Shown piece after piece: positions 38,401 to 50,968 of a DNA stretch of 64,000 bases. The position numbers and the translations under genes were made by a program. Source of the DNA: Tubiluchus corallicola. Its lineage: Eukaryota; Animalia; Priapulida. The stretch is taken from NCBI GenBank assembly GCA_030141605.1, contig JAQGDQ010000064.1, positions 681,087 to 745,086 on the forward strand. The letters are read 5' to 3'. Numbering within the stretch: the stretch's first letter is position 1; each line of letters begins with the position of its first letter. The notes under the pieces were generated by a model that was not told the origin of the DNA, made no database searches, and was given only the letters and a program-made list of their open reading frames with translations.

Positions 38401-38586
38401 CATTTTATCTATATTCGGTACAGGATAGCAGATTAGGTGACTTTATAGTCTTTTCGCTATCCTTTCTCTAGTTCTAGATCTATCTATTCATTTTAACCAT
38501 TCTTCAAAACTTATTAGCAATTCTTTTATTAATCATGTTTTATTGTAGTATTATAAAGAGATAAATAAATTACGATTTGAATTTGA
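35420..38586 (+). mobile_element. Degenerate CR1/L2-group LINE (end of APE domain, RT with internal deletion, ~1 kb 3' UTR)
   Basis: DINIDLL, PTRLT...TLIDHIYTN, GDHLPIF, KPWIT (35455-36045); FLDLSKAFDTV, GVPQGSTLGP, LFVDD, KYLG, HNYETR in frameshifted pieces to ~37600. Deletion near 36465. 3' stem-loop at 38422-38463, AATAAA and short tail near 38564-38586. Same group as the 2260-4700 copy. Confidence 0.9.
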
Positions 38587-39376
38587 GTATTTTTGTAACT
38601 TTTTAGTATGCATACATCTAATTAACTACAAGGAATACTATACCAATGTTTGATCAATGACATGCCTGAGTTACAGTTATACTCTTCCAAGCACACTTAA
38701 CCAATATAAATTCACCGCATTCATTATAAGCATAAAATTATACTTACGAATCGCCTAACTGGTCCTTACAATAGAGAAATCTTGTGTCTTGTGTCACTGT
38801 TATACTGCAATATGATATATTTTAGCCAACTTGAAGTGTAGAATTTTTCTTAATTTTATTCTGCTGTCCTTTATTTAAAAAGTGGCTTCAAATTGTTCAA
38901 AATAACTTTAATTAACAACGTCTGCTACATTTCTTGTGCGTGTGAAGTTCTCTGGATTAGTGTTAAAAGCCTGGTTGTCTGTGTCTTGCTTATACGGGAA
39001 ACAACAAATTGCACTATTGTCTTTTATTAAATTTTCTTGTCAGTTTTCATAAAGTTGAAATTAATAAGATAACTTCGAGAACTATAGTCATTTTCCGAGG
39101 AGAATGAGAATTTTTTTCTAAAAGCTGACGTACTTTGGCGTTCTAGGCAATAACCTAGTTAGCCTATTGGTTAATACGCTCCTGCTTTTCAACCACATTA
39201 TCAGCAAGCAGTTGGACTTTTGATATGAACTGTAAACAAATCCACATATCACTTGGCTTAATGCAATGTAATACACTAGCTAGAGCCACATGGATTCTGT
39301 TTTCACGCATTCACGTTTTTAAAATTGTCCTTGTTTTTTCAGCGTTCATAGAATAATTTATGTCGAATTTGAGACT

Positions 39377-42300
39377 ATGGCAGCAAGTAGCAAAAATGAA
39401 GAAACTGTGAAATTGTTAAAGTCGTTAAACAGAATTCTTCGTCATGTTCCTGCTCTACATTTGACGGAGACTCTTATTGATGAAAGAACTGGCGAGGACA
39501 CGTTGAAGTATCATTTGGAGCCAAACAACAACGCCTGGAAGCAATTTGGACAGTTTTTACTCGGCCGTTATGTGTCTGAACTGAAGGTCAGAATAAATTG
39601 TTCAAATTTCTGTTGTTAATTGCTCTATTGGCTTATAGGTTAGAGACAGGGACAAAAAGATTTGTTATGGTCAGTTTAAATTATTTTTGAAGAAGATGTA
39701 AGTTAAATTAATGTTGTAGATACTAATATTAATGATGTAATAATAGGCTATTTGACTGTTGCTGTTTTTTTATATTTAGTATTTGGGCTAAAGTTTACAA
39801 TTCCCCTCATACAAGAAATTAGTTTGTTAAGTGGATCAGGGTTAGGGTTAGGGTCGGGATTAGGGTCAAGTTTAGTGTTAGGGAAAGGTCAGGATTAGGG
39901 TTAGGGTTGTGGCTATGATTAGGGTTAGGGTTATGGCATTTAAATTGTGTGGTGAGTTGTTTCTAGTATTTGCATCAACAATAAACACAAAGTTTTTACT
40001 TTGTTACAAATTTATAATTAAATAATTTTATGTTTGTGGAACAAAGCAAGACACCTCTATTTTTTCAGTGGATTGATGCAAGAAAAGAAAGCCCTGTAGC
40101 GTACCTTTTGGATGAATATATAGCAACAGATGCTAACAATGTCGCAAAAATCATTGAGGCGGTCAATCATATAGAGATTGACGAGAACAAGCCTTTTGCA
40201 TTGTTGAGCAACTTACTGGACTTTGCAAAAGGTACAATAGTTATGCGATTTAAGAGTTGTTACATTTTACCAATTAGAATGGAAACTATTAATGCGCTTG
40301 AATCCAGCACGTCCAATTTATTTTATTTTAAATTTGCTCGTTTCTTGTAAAGTTAATGCATTAATGTTTTCCAAAAGATAATCTGAGAAGCATTTATTGT
40401 TAGCATAGAATCTAAATCTTCTCTTTGCATTGTGCATTGTTGGGCAGAGCCATTTATACATTAGAACTGGAATAAGCCCAAACAATGTATACTGCACAGG
40501 GCAGATCCGTTTAGCATTCACGTATCAATTCAGCAGTGTTATGATTATAAGTTTATAATTGGAAATAATGTATCCCCAGGTTTCTTTCCGATGACCAAAG
40601 ACTAACAGCCAATCGTTTGATCCTTGGCCTGAAAATGATTTAGATCAGGGTCGGATTGGGTATTAAATTCGTATCGGACAGGCCTGAAGACAAACTTTTG
40701 CGATGTTCAAAAATTATTACCATGTTGTGTACCAGAGCACTATGTCCAAGTATAAAACAACATGCTGAAATGAAAATGTGTGGTTTTGCAACTAATTACT
40801 TGCTAATTTGCAGTCAGTACTTACAGGTGTAAAATAATTTAGAGATTGCTTGTAAGATATAGCCTGTAAATATAGACTACCTATATAGCTACAAATCTAA
40901 ATTATGCTCTAACATATCTTTTTTTTAACAGAAATTGCCCGGCAGTGGTGTAATTCTTGCTTCAACATGATTATGAATGAAAGCAGAGATAGTGATGATT
41001 CTGATGACAATATTTCATGTACGTGTGAATGCGGTGACGAAAGTTATATCGAACATTTTAAAAAGAATTATCAAGCGCCGGCTGTTACTGGAAATGTAGC
41101 GTCTGTTCAAATTCATGGATCAGCACAAATTTGTGTCAGATCTGCAGTCATCAATTGTCCCTGTGGACAGAATCAGTTTAGTTTGTTTGGTCATAGTCAG
41201 AGTTCTTCTCCTGTCGAACAAGGTATTTTTGCTAGCCGATCTACGTCAGCGAACAGCGTTCGAACGGATGAAGCAGAAGCTTCTCAAACGCCGAGAAAAC
41301 CTTACATTGGGCACATGCGTGAACAATGTGTCAAAGAAGTAAGCATATCGACTACCCAGACTGCCTGTCAAGCACAGGCAAGTGTGAGGACAAAACAACA
41401 AACAAAATGCTGTCAACGGGGAGGAAATGAACGTTAGTTTTCTTATTAACGTTTTTACGGTGTTACTTACTGCGAATAAATGACTGACAATAGCCTGAAT
41501 ACTGATTCTAACTATTTCTCCATTTCCTTTCGATTCTTGCTTCTCGGTCGTTTCTGTCTTAGTATTTTTTCGCTGTTACGTTTAACTCGTTTACAACAAC
41601 GAGAAATAATTATGTACTGAAGCTCTGGTATCTAGAACACTTATGTATGATCTGCGTGTAGACTGAATTTTTGCTGTTTCAGTAACTTAAAACTAAAATG
41701 CTGAAATCTCCTGCAATATAAAATGTTTTTACAATCTTAGTTTTTTCAGGGAAATTTCTTCTGCTTCATGCAAGTGACTTAAGTGAAGAAGTGCGCCTAG
41801 ATATCACTGCTAAGATATTACAGCATGCACCTAATGACGTTGTTCATTCTATTGCCGAGAGGGAGCGTATCCTTGATGTGAGAGTAAGTTACTCTTATTG
41901 CTGCGATATGTGGCTTAGTTTAATTTATTAACTAATGTAGCGGTTATGAATTCACAAATCTCGTGGGTCAAAGAACAAAATCTGTCAGACTTGTTTACAA
42001 TTGTCTTGCTTACTTAACTGTAAACTTCCGAAACCAAGAATTCCCAACCATTTCTAGGCAGGGCGCCGTTTGATTAATTTTACGTCTCTACAAAAAGTAT
42101 TATCGTATTTGATGATGAAAAAGTCCTGGAACATCTCTGCTAGAAGACTATTATTACAAACTTACATTAAAACCGAAGAAAATTATAGGCTAATTATTTT
42201 AGTTTACTTAAGTTCTGGTTGAATCTTTTGGAAAACCCAAGTAGTTGGTTAATTTCATGATTTTAAAGTTTCTTGTCATGTTAAGGACTACTACAAGATA

Positions 42301-43765
42301 TTATGCCCGGTAACTAAGAGGCTCCAGGATATTACTTCTGGTCGGATTCAGCATATGGTGACAGATCAGGATCGTTTGGTGGTGGATTTAATGGTAATTA
42401 TTGTTGTGATGTTTTTGTTTACCGGTAGCACATAGTTTATATATAGTCAAGATTTCAAGCTGCAGGCCACAACTTTTCACGACTTGTTTATGAGAATCTC
42501 TGATTTACGAAAACATGGCGTTTTTTAGTTTTACAGTGACTATGTAGAACGTAGATGGTGATAGCATAGCATGTTGCATGAATCAGAATCGTTTATGCCG
42601 AAAAGTATAGTGTAGCTACACAGATAGTGTACTACATCAGAAGTGGCGATGGACGCCATTTGATTTCAGTCAACGATGAACAAATCATGACATGAAATAA
42701 TAAAAATTTTGACAAATCTACATCAAATTCTATATCTGGCACATATTAAAATTTTGATTGACATTATCAGAGCCCATTCATAGTACTCATACACCAATGT
42801 ATTCTAAGCTTTTTTTGTACAAAAAATCAATACCCTGTAGTTAAAAAAAATTAATATTTTAAATATTAACTTAGTTCTATGAATCATAAAATTGCTGTTT
42901 CACTACTTAGGGAACCTTCATATTATTTATGAAAATCATGAGAAATTTTTTTGGCATGCGGTACGTTGCATGACTGTCTCTACAAAATTTTTGATTACTA
43001 ACCAAGTAAAGTGCAGCACTGGACACATAATATTGTAGAACGTATTTCAAAAAAAGAAGTGCAGTAGAAATAATGCAGAAATGCTGAAATTTACTGATAA
43101 CATTTCAGTGAAATGCAACTCGGCGTTAAAGCGTAGAAAAGGTGTATGTAAAAGATTATGCTACAATAAATGTTCGAAGCGTGCACTTTTAACTTGCATA
43201 CGTTAATATACAAACAGTAGTAACTCTGCATGTAACGAAAAACATGCTAAAATTTATTAAGTTGGATGTTTTGGATAACGTTTGATATTTTGTTCAATAT
43301 AAACCTGGGCTTTTGCATTGTGACGCCACAATGACGTAAAAATAATTATACTTACATAATTTAAAATTTCCTACTATATTACTTGGCTTTTATATATTCC
43401 AGTACATGTATATGCATATGAGATTAATCATTACTACACTGCATTATAAATACATACCCGTGGATGACAGAGGAAAATTTCTGTTTTAGGACTCATTAGC
43501 CAATGATGAGATACAGAAAAAACTAGTTGTTGCTCTGATTCTTGATGGCAATCAATGTTCTCCTCGGATGCCAGATTCTGACTGTTTCAGCAACAGATTA
43601 AAGTATTTATACCCTGTTGACTGGAAAGAGTTGGCTGCAGAATTGGAACTTGTGAGAAACAGTTCTCGTCCTCTCAACACACCAAAGAAATCTAGTATAA
43701 AATTTGTAGAAAAGAGTTGTTTTGATAAGCTAAAGGAAAAGCTACGGAAGGATAAAAGAGAGTAA
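39377..43765 (+). CDS. Putative death-domain + SEFIR-domain adaptor (Act1/CIKS/TRAF3IP2-like), six coding exons, about 463 aa
   Basis: Phase-consistent GT-AG exons 39377-39586, 40069-40231, 40932-41432, 41750-41883, 42286-42393, 43490-43765 (1392 nt). Exons 1-2: LEPNNNAWKQFGQFLL...ELKWIDARKESPVAYLLDEY...VAKIIEAVNHI, a death-domain pattern. Exons 4-6: RKFLLLHASD...YKILCPVTKRLQDITSG...KKLVVALI...P...FSNRLKYLYPVDWKELAAEL, which parallels the Act1 SEFIR elements. The gene model is solid; domain identities are by eye. Confidence 0.7.
39837..39933 (+). repeat. Degenerate interstitial (TTAGGG)n-like repeat in an intron
   Basis: About 16 imperfect units such as ttaggg, tcaggg, gtcagg. Confidence 0.8.
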
Positions 43766-43911
43766 ATGAGAGAGAACTATGTCGTAAACACGTTTTCTGT
43801 GGAGCCAAGATGTCGAATTCTGAGTCTGATTGAACAACATGATTAGATTAAGATTAAAATGCTTTTATAGTGTTAATGGTCATTGTTATTGTTGATTACA
43901 GTAAGACAATT

Positions 43912-44286
43912 TGTTGTGTTTCTTTCTCTCGGACGGCTCGTAGAGAAAACAAGAAAACACGTTGTCAAATTAAACTGGTTTATTATGTGAGAATTCCACA
44001 ATGCAAAGTATGAAGGAACTCAAAATATGTACAGTCAGTACGATAATCTGGAAACATGAAAACGAGAGTGTGCGTACCTGAGAATCTGAGAATATGAGAA
44101 CAAACTCTTATATATCAATGCAAATGGACAACACTAGAACAATCTAGAAACTACTACGTGCATCGTGTATAGAAAGTTCTAGAATCTACGATTGCTTCTA
44201 CAAGGTAAAAAGAATGTTCTACTATACTATAGAACATTCTACAATTTTCCATTCAATTCTAATGCATGCTAGCGATCTCCACAACA
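43912..44286 (-). mobile_element. Solo LTR (375 bp) with 5-bp TSD
   Basis: Ends TGTTGTG...CACAACA flanked by CAATT on both sides (43907-43911, 44287-44291). On the minus strand: TATATAAG near 44107-44115 and AATAAA at 43984-43979. Confidence 0.88.
44171..44185. promoter_or_regulatory. Perfect three-unit heat-shock element inside the solo LTR
   Basis: aGAAa-gTTCt-aGAAt matches nGAAn-nTTCn-nGAAn. Further GAAnnTTC units at ~44211-44220 and ~44231-44240 lie upstream of the minus-strand TATA. Function untested. Confidence 0.55.
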
Positions 44287-46776
44287 CAATTAAAAAATAA
44301 TGCACAGAGAATCAAAAAGAAAAGACTGTGTGTTACACATAATGATTCGGTTCAGACTTTTCGGATTTGGAACAACACTGACGTGTATACATATTTCAAC
44401 ACAAACTGTGAAGATCTCCCTTTGCGCAGTTACTTGATAATGTAATAATATAAGAAGCTTCCAGCTTTGGCAGCAAAAAGGTTTAGACATAAAGATAGGC
44501 AAACATCTCCAGCTCTGAAAGATTCTTCTAATTTTCTAATTGTGAACACAAATGTTAATAATTTTTTTATAGCTGATCTAAACAATAATCAATAGTCGGT
44601 TAATTGATATCGGTTTAGAGGAAAATAAAAAATCGGTATCGGTTTCATGGAAAAGCAAAACACATCGTGGGAGGTTCATATAACATCCATGTATTGTATC
44701 TATTATTGAAAATTAGCCATGAGCATTTGTAAGTTTTGCATGTACGCAATATAAGCAAACGTTTAGAGTCTGACACAGTGAAAAATAAAAACTTTCGTGC
44801 ATTTTTATGACAAATACCGCAAATATTCAGTCCACACAAAGAAAAAGATTTTTACTACCAAAATGTTTTGTTATTTGCTCATAATAAAGTTATGGAGTAA
44901 GAGCAAATGGAAAATCCTGGAGAAGACTAAATCTATATTAACCGCACACACACATACACACTGATTTTCGCTCAATTTAATTTCATGATTCTCGTCGCTT
45001 GATATATTTGCTTTATAAACGGGGTTTTATAAAGGGTGGCCCTTAAAAGCTACAGCTACCTTGGTTTCCCTAAAACATACATAATCCCATAATCCAATGT
45101 TATGTTTACGTTAATAAGTTGGCAAACATAGACATTATTGGTAACATCTATTTTATGTTTTTACCATCTGAAATCTATTGTAAAACTGTTGTTTTGTTAA
45201 TTCAAATAAATTGAAATTGAAAGAAATTTTACACTATTTTTTACATGGAGCACAGTAAACTGTATACACAATATTTCCGCAATGGTCCCATGGCATGTTA
45301 GTATTAACTAAACTATAAAATAGAACAGAATACCTTAAAATTAACAAAACTAAAAACCACTAAAGTACTAAAATAAATAAATCACAAAATACTTTGTAAA
45401 AGTAGACACGGGCTGAAAGCAAAAGTTAGATAAAAGTACTAAATTAAACAGGTAAAGTTTTTTGTAAAATTAATCCTAATAAAAACAAAAACTAGGCAAA
45501 ATTTGGCGCAAGTACTAAATCAGACACATAAAACACTTCGTAAAATAAGACGTAAAGCAAAGATCAGTTTGTAAACCTGTGTTCAAGCGTTAAAATTTAA
45601 TTTTTAAAACGTTTGCGATACATAAAATACAAGAAAACGCAACTTTAATACTTAATTACGTGTGTAAGTACATTAAATACTAATTTAATACTAATACAGT
45701 AAGTATTAATGTTAAGAATATAAAAACTAATTTAAAAGCTTCTGAAGAAGAGTGAATTTTATCTGCCTTAAAGATGCTTTCTATCTTAAATTTTCATCTA
45801 CTTTGTTATAAAGAACAGCCTTACTGTATTGCAACATAGATTTGCCAGAGCCGTCGCCAGAGATTCTGCAAGATTTGAGTGTTTGGTATTTTCGTCAACT
45901 ATGTTGAATCTTATTATGTGTGCTAGGCCTACGATGTAATCGACTCTATGAGTATCGGTGTGCTTGCGGTGGTTTTCCATTACAGGCCGATGTAGACCTT
46001 CAGAACTCAAGGCCGGATGTTGATGTTGTAGGCCCCTGGGCTATAGATACTGTGAGGCCCCGGACCCCAATGATAATTAACCAAAGAATGAATGTTGGAT
46101 TCTTCAAATCAGTTTATGGAAACTTCTACAACAATACCAACATTAGGCCCACATAGACGGGTGCAAGTTTAACACAACAATAAGAGAAGAGATATTCTGA
46201 TTAACAAAATTAAAATAAGTTTTTGAAATATTAAATACAGCACCTACAAATTACAATGAATAAATTGCTGTTAATTGCCAGTGTGGCAGTTCTAATGAGT
46301 TGGAATAATGTACAAAATTCCAGATTATTATATTAATTAATTGAGCCCTTTTTAAAGAGATAATTCAACATACTCTCATTCTCCACAGTAAATTGTGAAG
46401 TCAGTGTCAGTACTATTGTTGCAAATAATTTCTCCAAAATATGCATTTATATACTAGAGTAATTTGCAATATTTTCAAACAGGAAATAATTATAATTTCA
46501 AAAAAATACAGTTAGTAATATTGCTACATTTCATTTTGTCTCTGAAAGAAATTTGACTGTCAATTGCGGTAATGATGATGTACCATTTAAGAATTAAAAA
46601 AATAAAGAAAAATTGCAACATTGACCATGAATTTAGAAGCAGTGGAAAGCGGTTCGACAACCAAACTGCAACAGAACTGGTATATTATTTCTGTTAGTCA
46701 ACAAATATAAATTGGTCTGCGGGTATTGGAGATAAATAGTGGCATTCACTTCGTGCGGCCACTGCCCATATATGCT

Positions 46777-47353
46777 AGGTGGCACAGAAAAAAGTGCCGA
46801 AGTTTTTGTTACGATTTTATAAGAAGAAAATAACGTTTAAAATTGCCCCACTGATGTTACAGACGCTTGTGTTTAAACACAAATTATCTTATGTCATTCT
46901 TTAACATTTGTCCAAGGATAGAGAAGTTTCAATACACAAGCCAATAAATAAATGCCGATAAAAACTTCATGTGTCAGTATGGCTAAAATTTACAGCAAGT
47001 GATCTATATGTCCACCATTTTCACTGCAACCTAGACGAATGCGTTTCTGCCAACAGCAGATTGCCTTTAGTTGCTCTGCATGAAACGGTTCTGTGCGGTC
47101 ACTTACACATTTTCTCTTTTCGGGAATTCCAAAAAAAAACCGCAACGCGGAGAATTCAGTCCCGTTTTTTCTTGGCAACAAAAATCCTCACCAGTTCTTT
47201 ATTTTCTGTACAACTACAAACTTGTTACTTGCAGCTTTCACAGCAAAAAGTTAATACATTATGGTACCAGTTTCTGAAATTTCAACTTTGGTAGATACTT
47301 GCATCTAATTTTATAGTTATATCTAAATATCGGCACATTTTTGTGCGGCAACC
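46777..47353. mobile_element. Non-autonomous DNA element with terminal inverted repeats; a diverged second copy lies at ~47790-48720
   Basis: gcacagaaaaaagtgccga is mirrored by tcggcacatttttgtgc. Internal blocks ctgatgttacagacgct, aaataaatgccg, aaaatttacagcaagtg and actgcaa.ctagacga recur at ~47928-48070 and ~48512. Confidence 0.6.
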
Positions 47354-47419
47354 GGTGAACCCTGATGGTCTAGTTGCCTTGTGTTGAACAAGCGGTATTA
47401 ACATCATTCAGCAAACTGA

Positions 47420-47775
47420 TCAAATAAAATATGTGGGATTTTATATTCACAATAAAATGACTGAAAAAATCACACATAAACCACACTACATACAAAATCA
47501 ATAAAGTAGGTGGCCATTATATAAAAAACTAGACACTATGTTAGTAAAGATACTCTCAAAATTATATACAATGCACTAGGTTACTCAAGGCTCCAGTACT
47601 ACATAATGACCTTTGGAGTTGCACTTCCAACAACATTTCATCCTCTGACAACTGCACGAAACAAAATTGTTAAGCTAATGAATTTCTCTCAAACAAGGCT
47701 TTACGCAACACCTACATACTTAAACCTACATATAATTAAAATTTCACGACATATGTAAGTCGAACTTGCTAAGGT
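47420..47775 (+). mobile_element. CR1/L2-group LINE ORF2 C-terminal remnant
   Basis: Translates with frameshifts to IKYVGFYIHNKM...HIN...KINKVGG...LRHYVSKDTLKIIYNALGYSRLQYYIMTFG, homologous to the same part of the two larger LINE copies. Confidence 0.75.
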
Positions 47776-49109
47776 TTTTAAACGATTTCTATGATTTTTG
47801 TTGTGTTAATACTTGCAAAAGTTGTTTTCAAATTTAAACGCCTGGTGAGGCAAAAATATGCCAAAGTTTTAGTCACAGTATGAGGCCCATAAAACGAAAA
47901 TGATGGCATCGCTGGAAAATTATCATACTGATGTTACAGACGCTAATGCCAGAAATTTTAACTCATTCTCTTAATTTTTTCCAAAGATGCAAAAGTTATA
48001 AAAGAACGTGTCAAAAAATAAATGCCGGAAACACTTCGCGTCACTAATGTTAAAATTTACAGCAAGTGCACTGCTGTGGCCAACTCTATATGGTCAACAT
48101 TTTATTTATTTATTTTATATTATTTCACATTTGTTTAAATAAATAGTAAAAAAAGGTGACCAAAGGTGCGTCATTTTCCGAACTCCATACTTTAACAACA
48201 CGGTTGAAGAAAAAACCCAAAACCTTTTTATTCGTTCTACGAACATACAGCTTGAGACTATGATTACTTTTTGTCCTATCAGTGAGTGCTTTGTAAAAAA
48301 TTTTCGGGATCTAAATCAACATCCCTATGAATTATTTTATAGCACTTGACTAAATTGTTTAGTAATCGTCTCTCCTCTAACGATCTTAGATGAAGGGTTT
48401 TGAGTCTTTCTGGATAGGTTTTATACATAAGTTCGGAGTTATACATCTGTAATATAATCGCCTTTTAAAGCATTTTTGCACAATTTCAACAATATTTACA
48501 TCCCCTACAAATTGACTGCAAACTAGACGATGGCATTTCTTCCAAAAGCTGACGCAAGTTTTTCACTTCTTAATGGGTACTTGGTGACAGCACTTAACAA
48601 TTTTTAGATTTAGTTCCCTTGCATCAAATGACTCTGTCTTTCTCTGGGAATTTCAGATACCGTAGTTTATAGGATTAGGCCTAAGTTCCACTTTTTATTG
48701 ACAACAAATCCTTAACACAGTTTTATGTTCAGTGGTAAAATAGTGACGTAAACTGACTGATTTGTTTATTGTTTTGTTTATATGTCAACTTGGTTGTTTT
48801 TCAGTAGATGATTGTCACGTTGTTGAGACGTGTTTTTAACATGCTAAGGTTGTTTAGTCATAAGTTAAAAAACTACTAAAACTATAAACATGTAACTTTC
48901 GCAGCCAAAATCGGTTGTATCATAACATCATACTGTAAAATTTCAATTTTGTAGAGCGTTTGCGTCTAACGTTATTGCAGTATAAACTTTTTCTGCTCCA
49001 CTCGTTACATTGTTTCGGAAGTACATCTGTGTAGTACCGAATGTAGACAGAAATGACATAGGCAAAAATGATACATATGTTACTTTGACGTAAATAATTT
49101 TCTATAATA

Positions 49110-49429
49110 CAGTGGTTCCCAAACTTTCTCAGACCGTTACCCAAATCGGGAAACCCGGTCGTGTCCATTACCCCCCACCTAGTACTACTTCTCCAACTCA
49201 AAAAGTAAACACACGTATATGCCACAAGCAAGCAAAATTATTTATGTATTATTTATTTATTTACACAGTGTTGCCTGCCGGAGGCAGTCTCTTCAAGAAG
49301 AAAACTACGTAAAATGCATTCCGAGCGAAGTTTTAAAATTTTCAGGGGGGTGCCCGTTACCCCCCCCCCCCCAAAAAAAAAACCATATTACCCCCGGGGG
49401 GTAATTTACCCCTACTTTGGGAACCACTG
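49110..49429. mobile_element. hAT (Charlie-like) MITE
   Basis: Perfect TIR CAGTGGTTCCCAAA...TTTGGGAACCACTG with a perfect 8-bp TSD ctataata. Confidence 0.93.
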
Positions 49430-50599
49430 CTATAATAAAACTAGAATGCGCTTAGTAGGAAGTAGTTAGTTCTTCGCCAAGGTCGAAAGATCCTAAACAG
49501 GATCCGATCGTCTGATTCGTTTGATAGAAAAAAAACATTAAACAAATTTATAAACAACGAATATTCCACACAGTGTTTGTCTACATTTCTTTAATCATAT
49601 GCCTATGGTACAATAGACTGACAAATATCGTATTTACAAAAAAATCAGCTTATAAAGCTATATCATGTATAATCAAAGATAGTAAACAGCGTTACACAGT
49701 TTTTGAGCGAGAATTTCTCTAAACGAAACCTGGAATTAACTCGAAGTTGTTTGTCCTAGTAGAGATAATTACTCTCTCTTATAGCCAAATCCTTTTTCCA
49801 AGGAGCTATGACACTATGAGATGTCCACGAAACGCAATGAAGTGGCGAAAAATACACACCTTGGTAGTTTTCACCCTTCCCCTGTCCAGAAATCATAACT
49901 TTTTATCATAACTCTTTATAATTTTTTGTCTCGAATCAATTATTTAGCGCAATGTCACCGGATACTACGTCAGTGCTGTCACCCGTTGAATGGCTTTGTT
50001 ATAACCTAAGTTGTACAGGTTGCTGCTTTGTTGAATTTAAAAGTGAAGCCTGTTCGGCCAATCATGTTTTTAGATTTAGGTAACTTACTTTCTAAGCGGG
50101 AAAAATGACCAGTATGGAACATGTGGAGAGGAAAAATGGCCGCTTGTAGACTTTTAGTTCTGTGAACTTTTAAGTATCTATATGTGAAACCTGAAGGCTC
50201 CTGATGTTTATGCGAAATCTGTTTACTATATGGAATGGTGACATGGACTACATTAAGCTGGAAATTGTTGTATGCACATGAAAAGTTTGCGAATCAAGTC
50301 CATTATATACTTGAATCCTGGATCATAGCAAGTCCTCAATCTGTCGTTGTTATAAGCACCCTTTTCACAAGCTGATTGTGTGGACACTGGACAATCTGTT
50401 CTTTGGACGCTTGACTCCCACCATGTGCCAAACTGCAAGGCAGAGACAGTCTACTTTGCTTGCAGATCGAACATGTGTGCTTATCTGTTTATTACTACCA
50501 TGATACTTTCGCCAACACACTACAAACACTTTGTCAGTTAAAGACGTATGCGTGACCTGTTTAAACCATCATGACACGAGAAAATTATAAAAAAACTAC

Positions 50600-50968
50600 A
50601 TCAGGTCATCACATTGCCCGTTATGGGAAACCGATACCACATCCGTTGAACGGGCTATTCAACCATTACCAGCACCAATCACGGCCGGTCCCGATCTCTA
50701 GAAATAAGAGGCATAAGTTTTGCAAAAACGGACAAACAGGACCACTTTTGGAGGTTTTCGCCCCCGTCCACGCAGTGGGTCTAATTTGAAAAATAAGCCC
50801 CCGGGTGAAAATCTGTGGATCGAGACCTTTCGTTTGGTGAATGACGTATAGATCGTCGAAAATGATGCCGTCGGAGTCAAATCTACGGAGCTGTAGATTG
50901 TTTAGACGCTCGTCTAATTGAGCAAAGCCTATTCGCAGTCTAACGTGATGCACAGAATTCGGTCTAGT
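50600..50968. mobile_element. GC-richer non-autonomous repeat, possibly Helitron-like
   Basis: CpG-rich block ending in CTAG|T at ~50964-50968; no coding capacity recognised and boundaries uncertain. Confidence 0.3.

Noticed and set aside
39837-39933. True telomere or chromosome fusion site
   Set aside because: Short, degenerate, single orientation and inside an intron.
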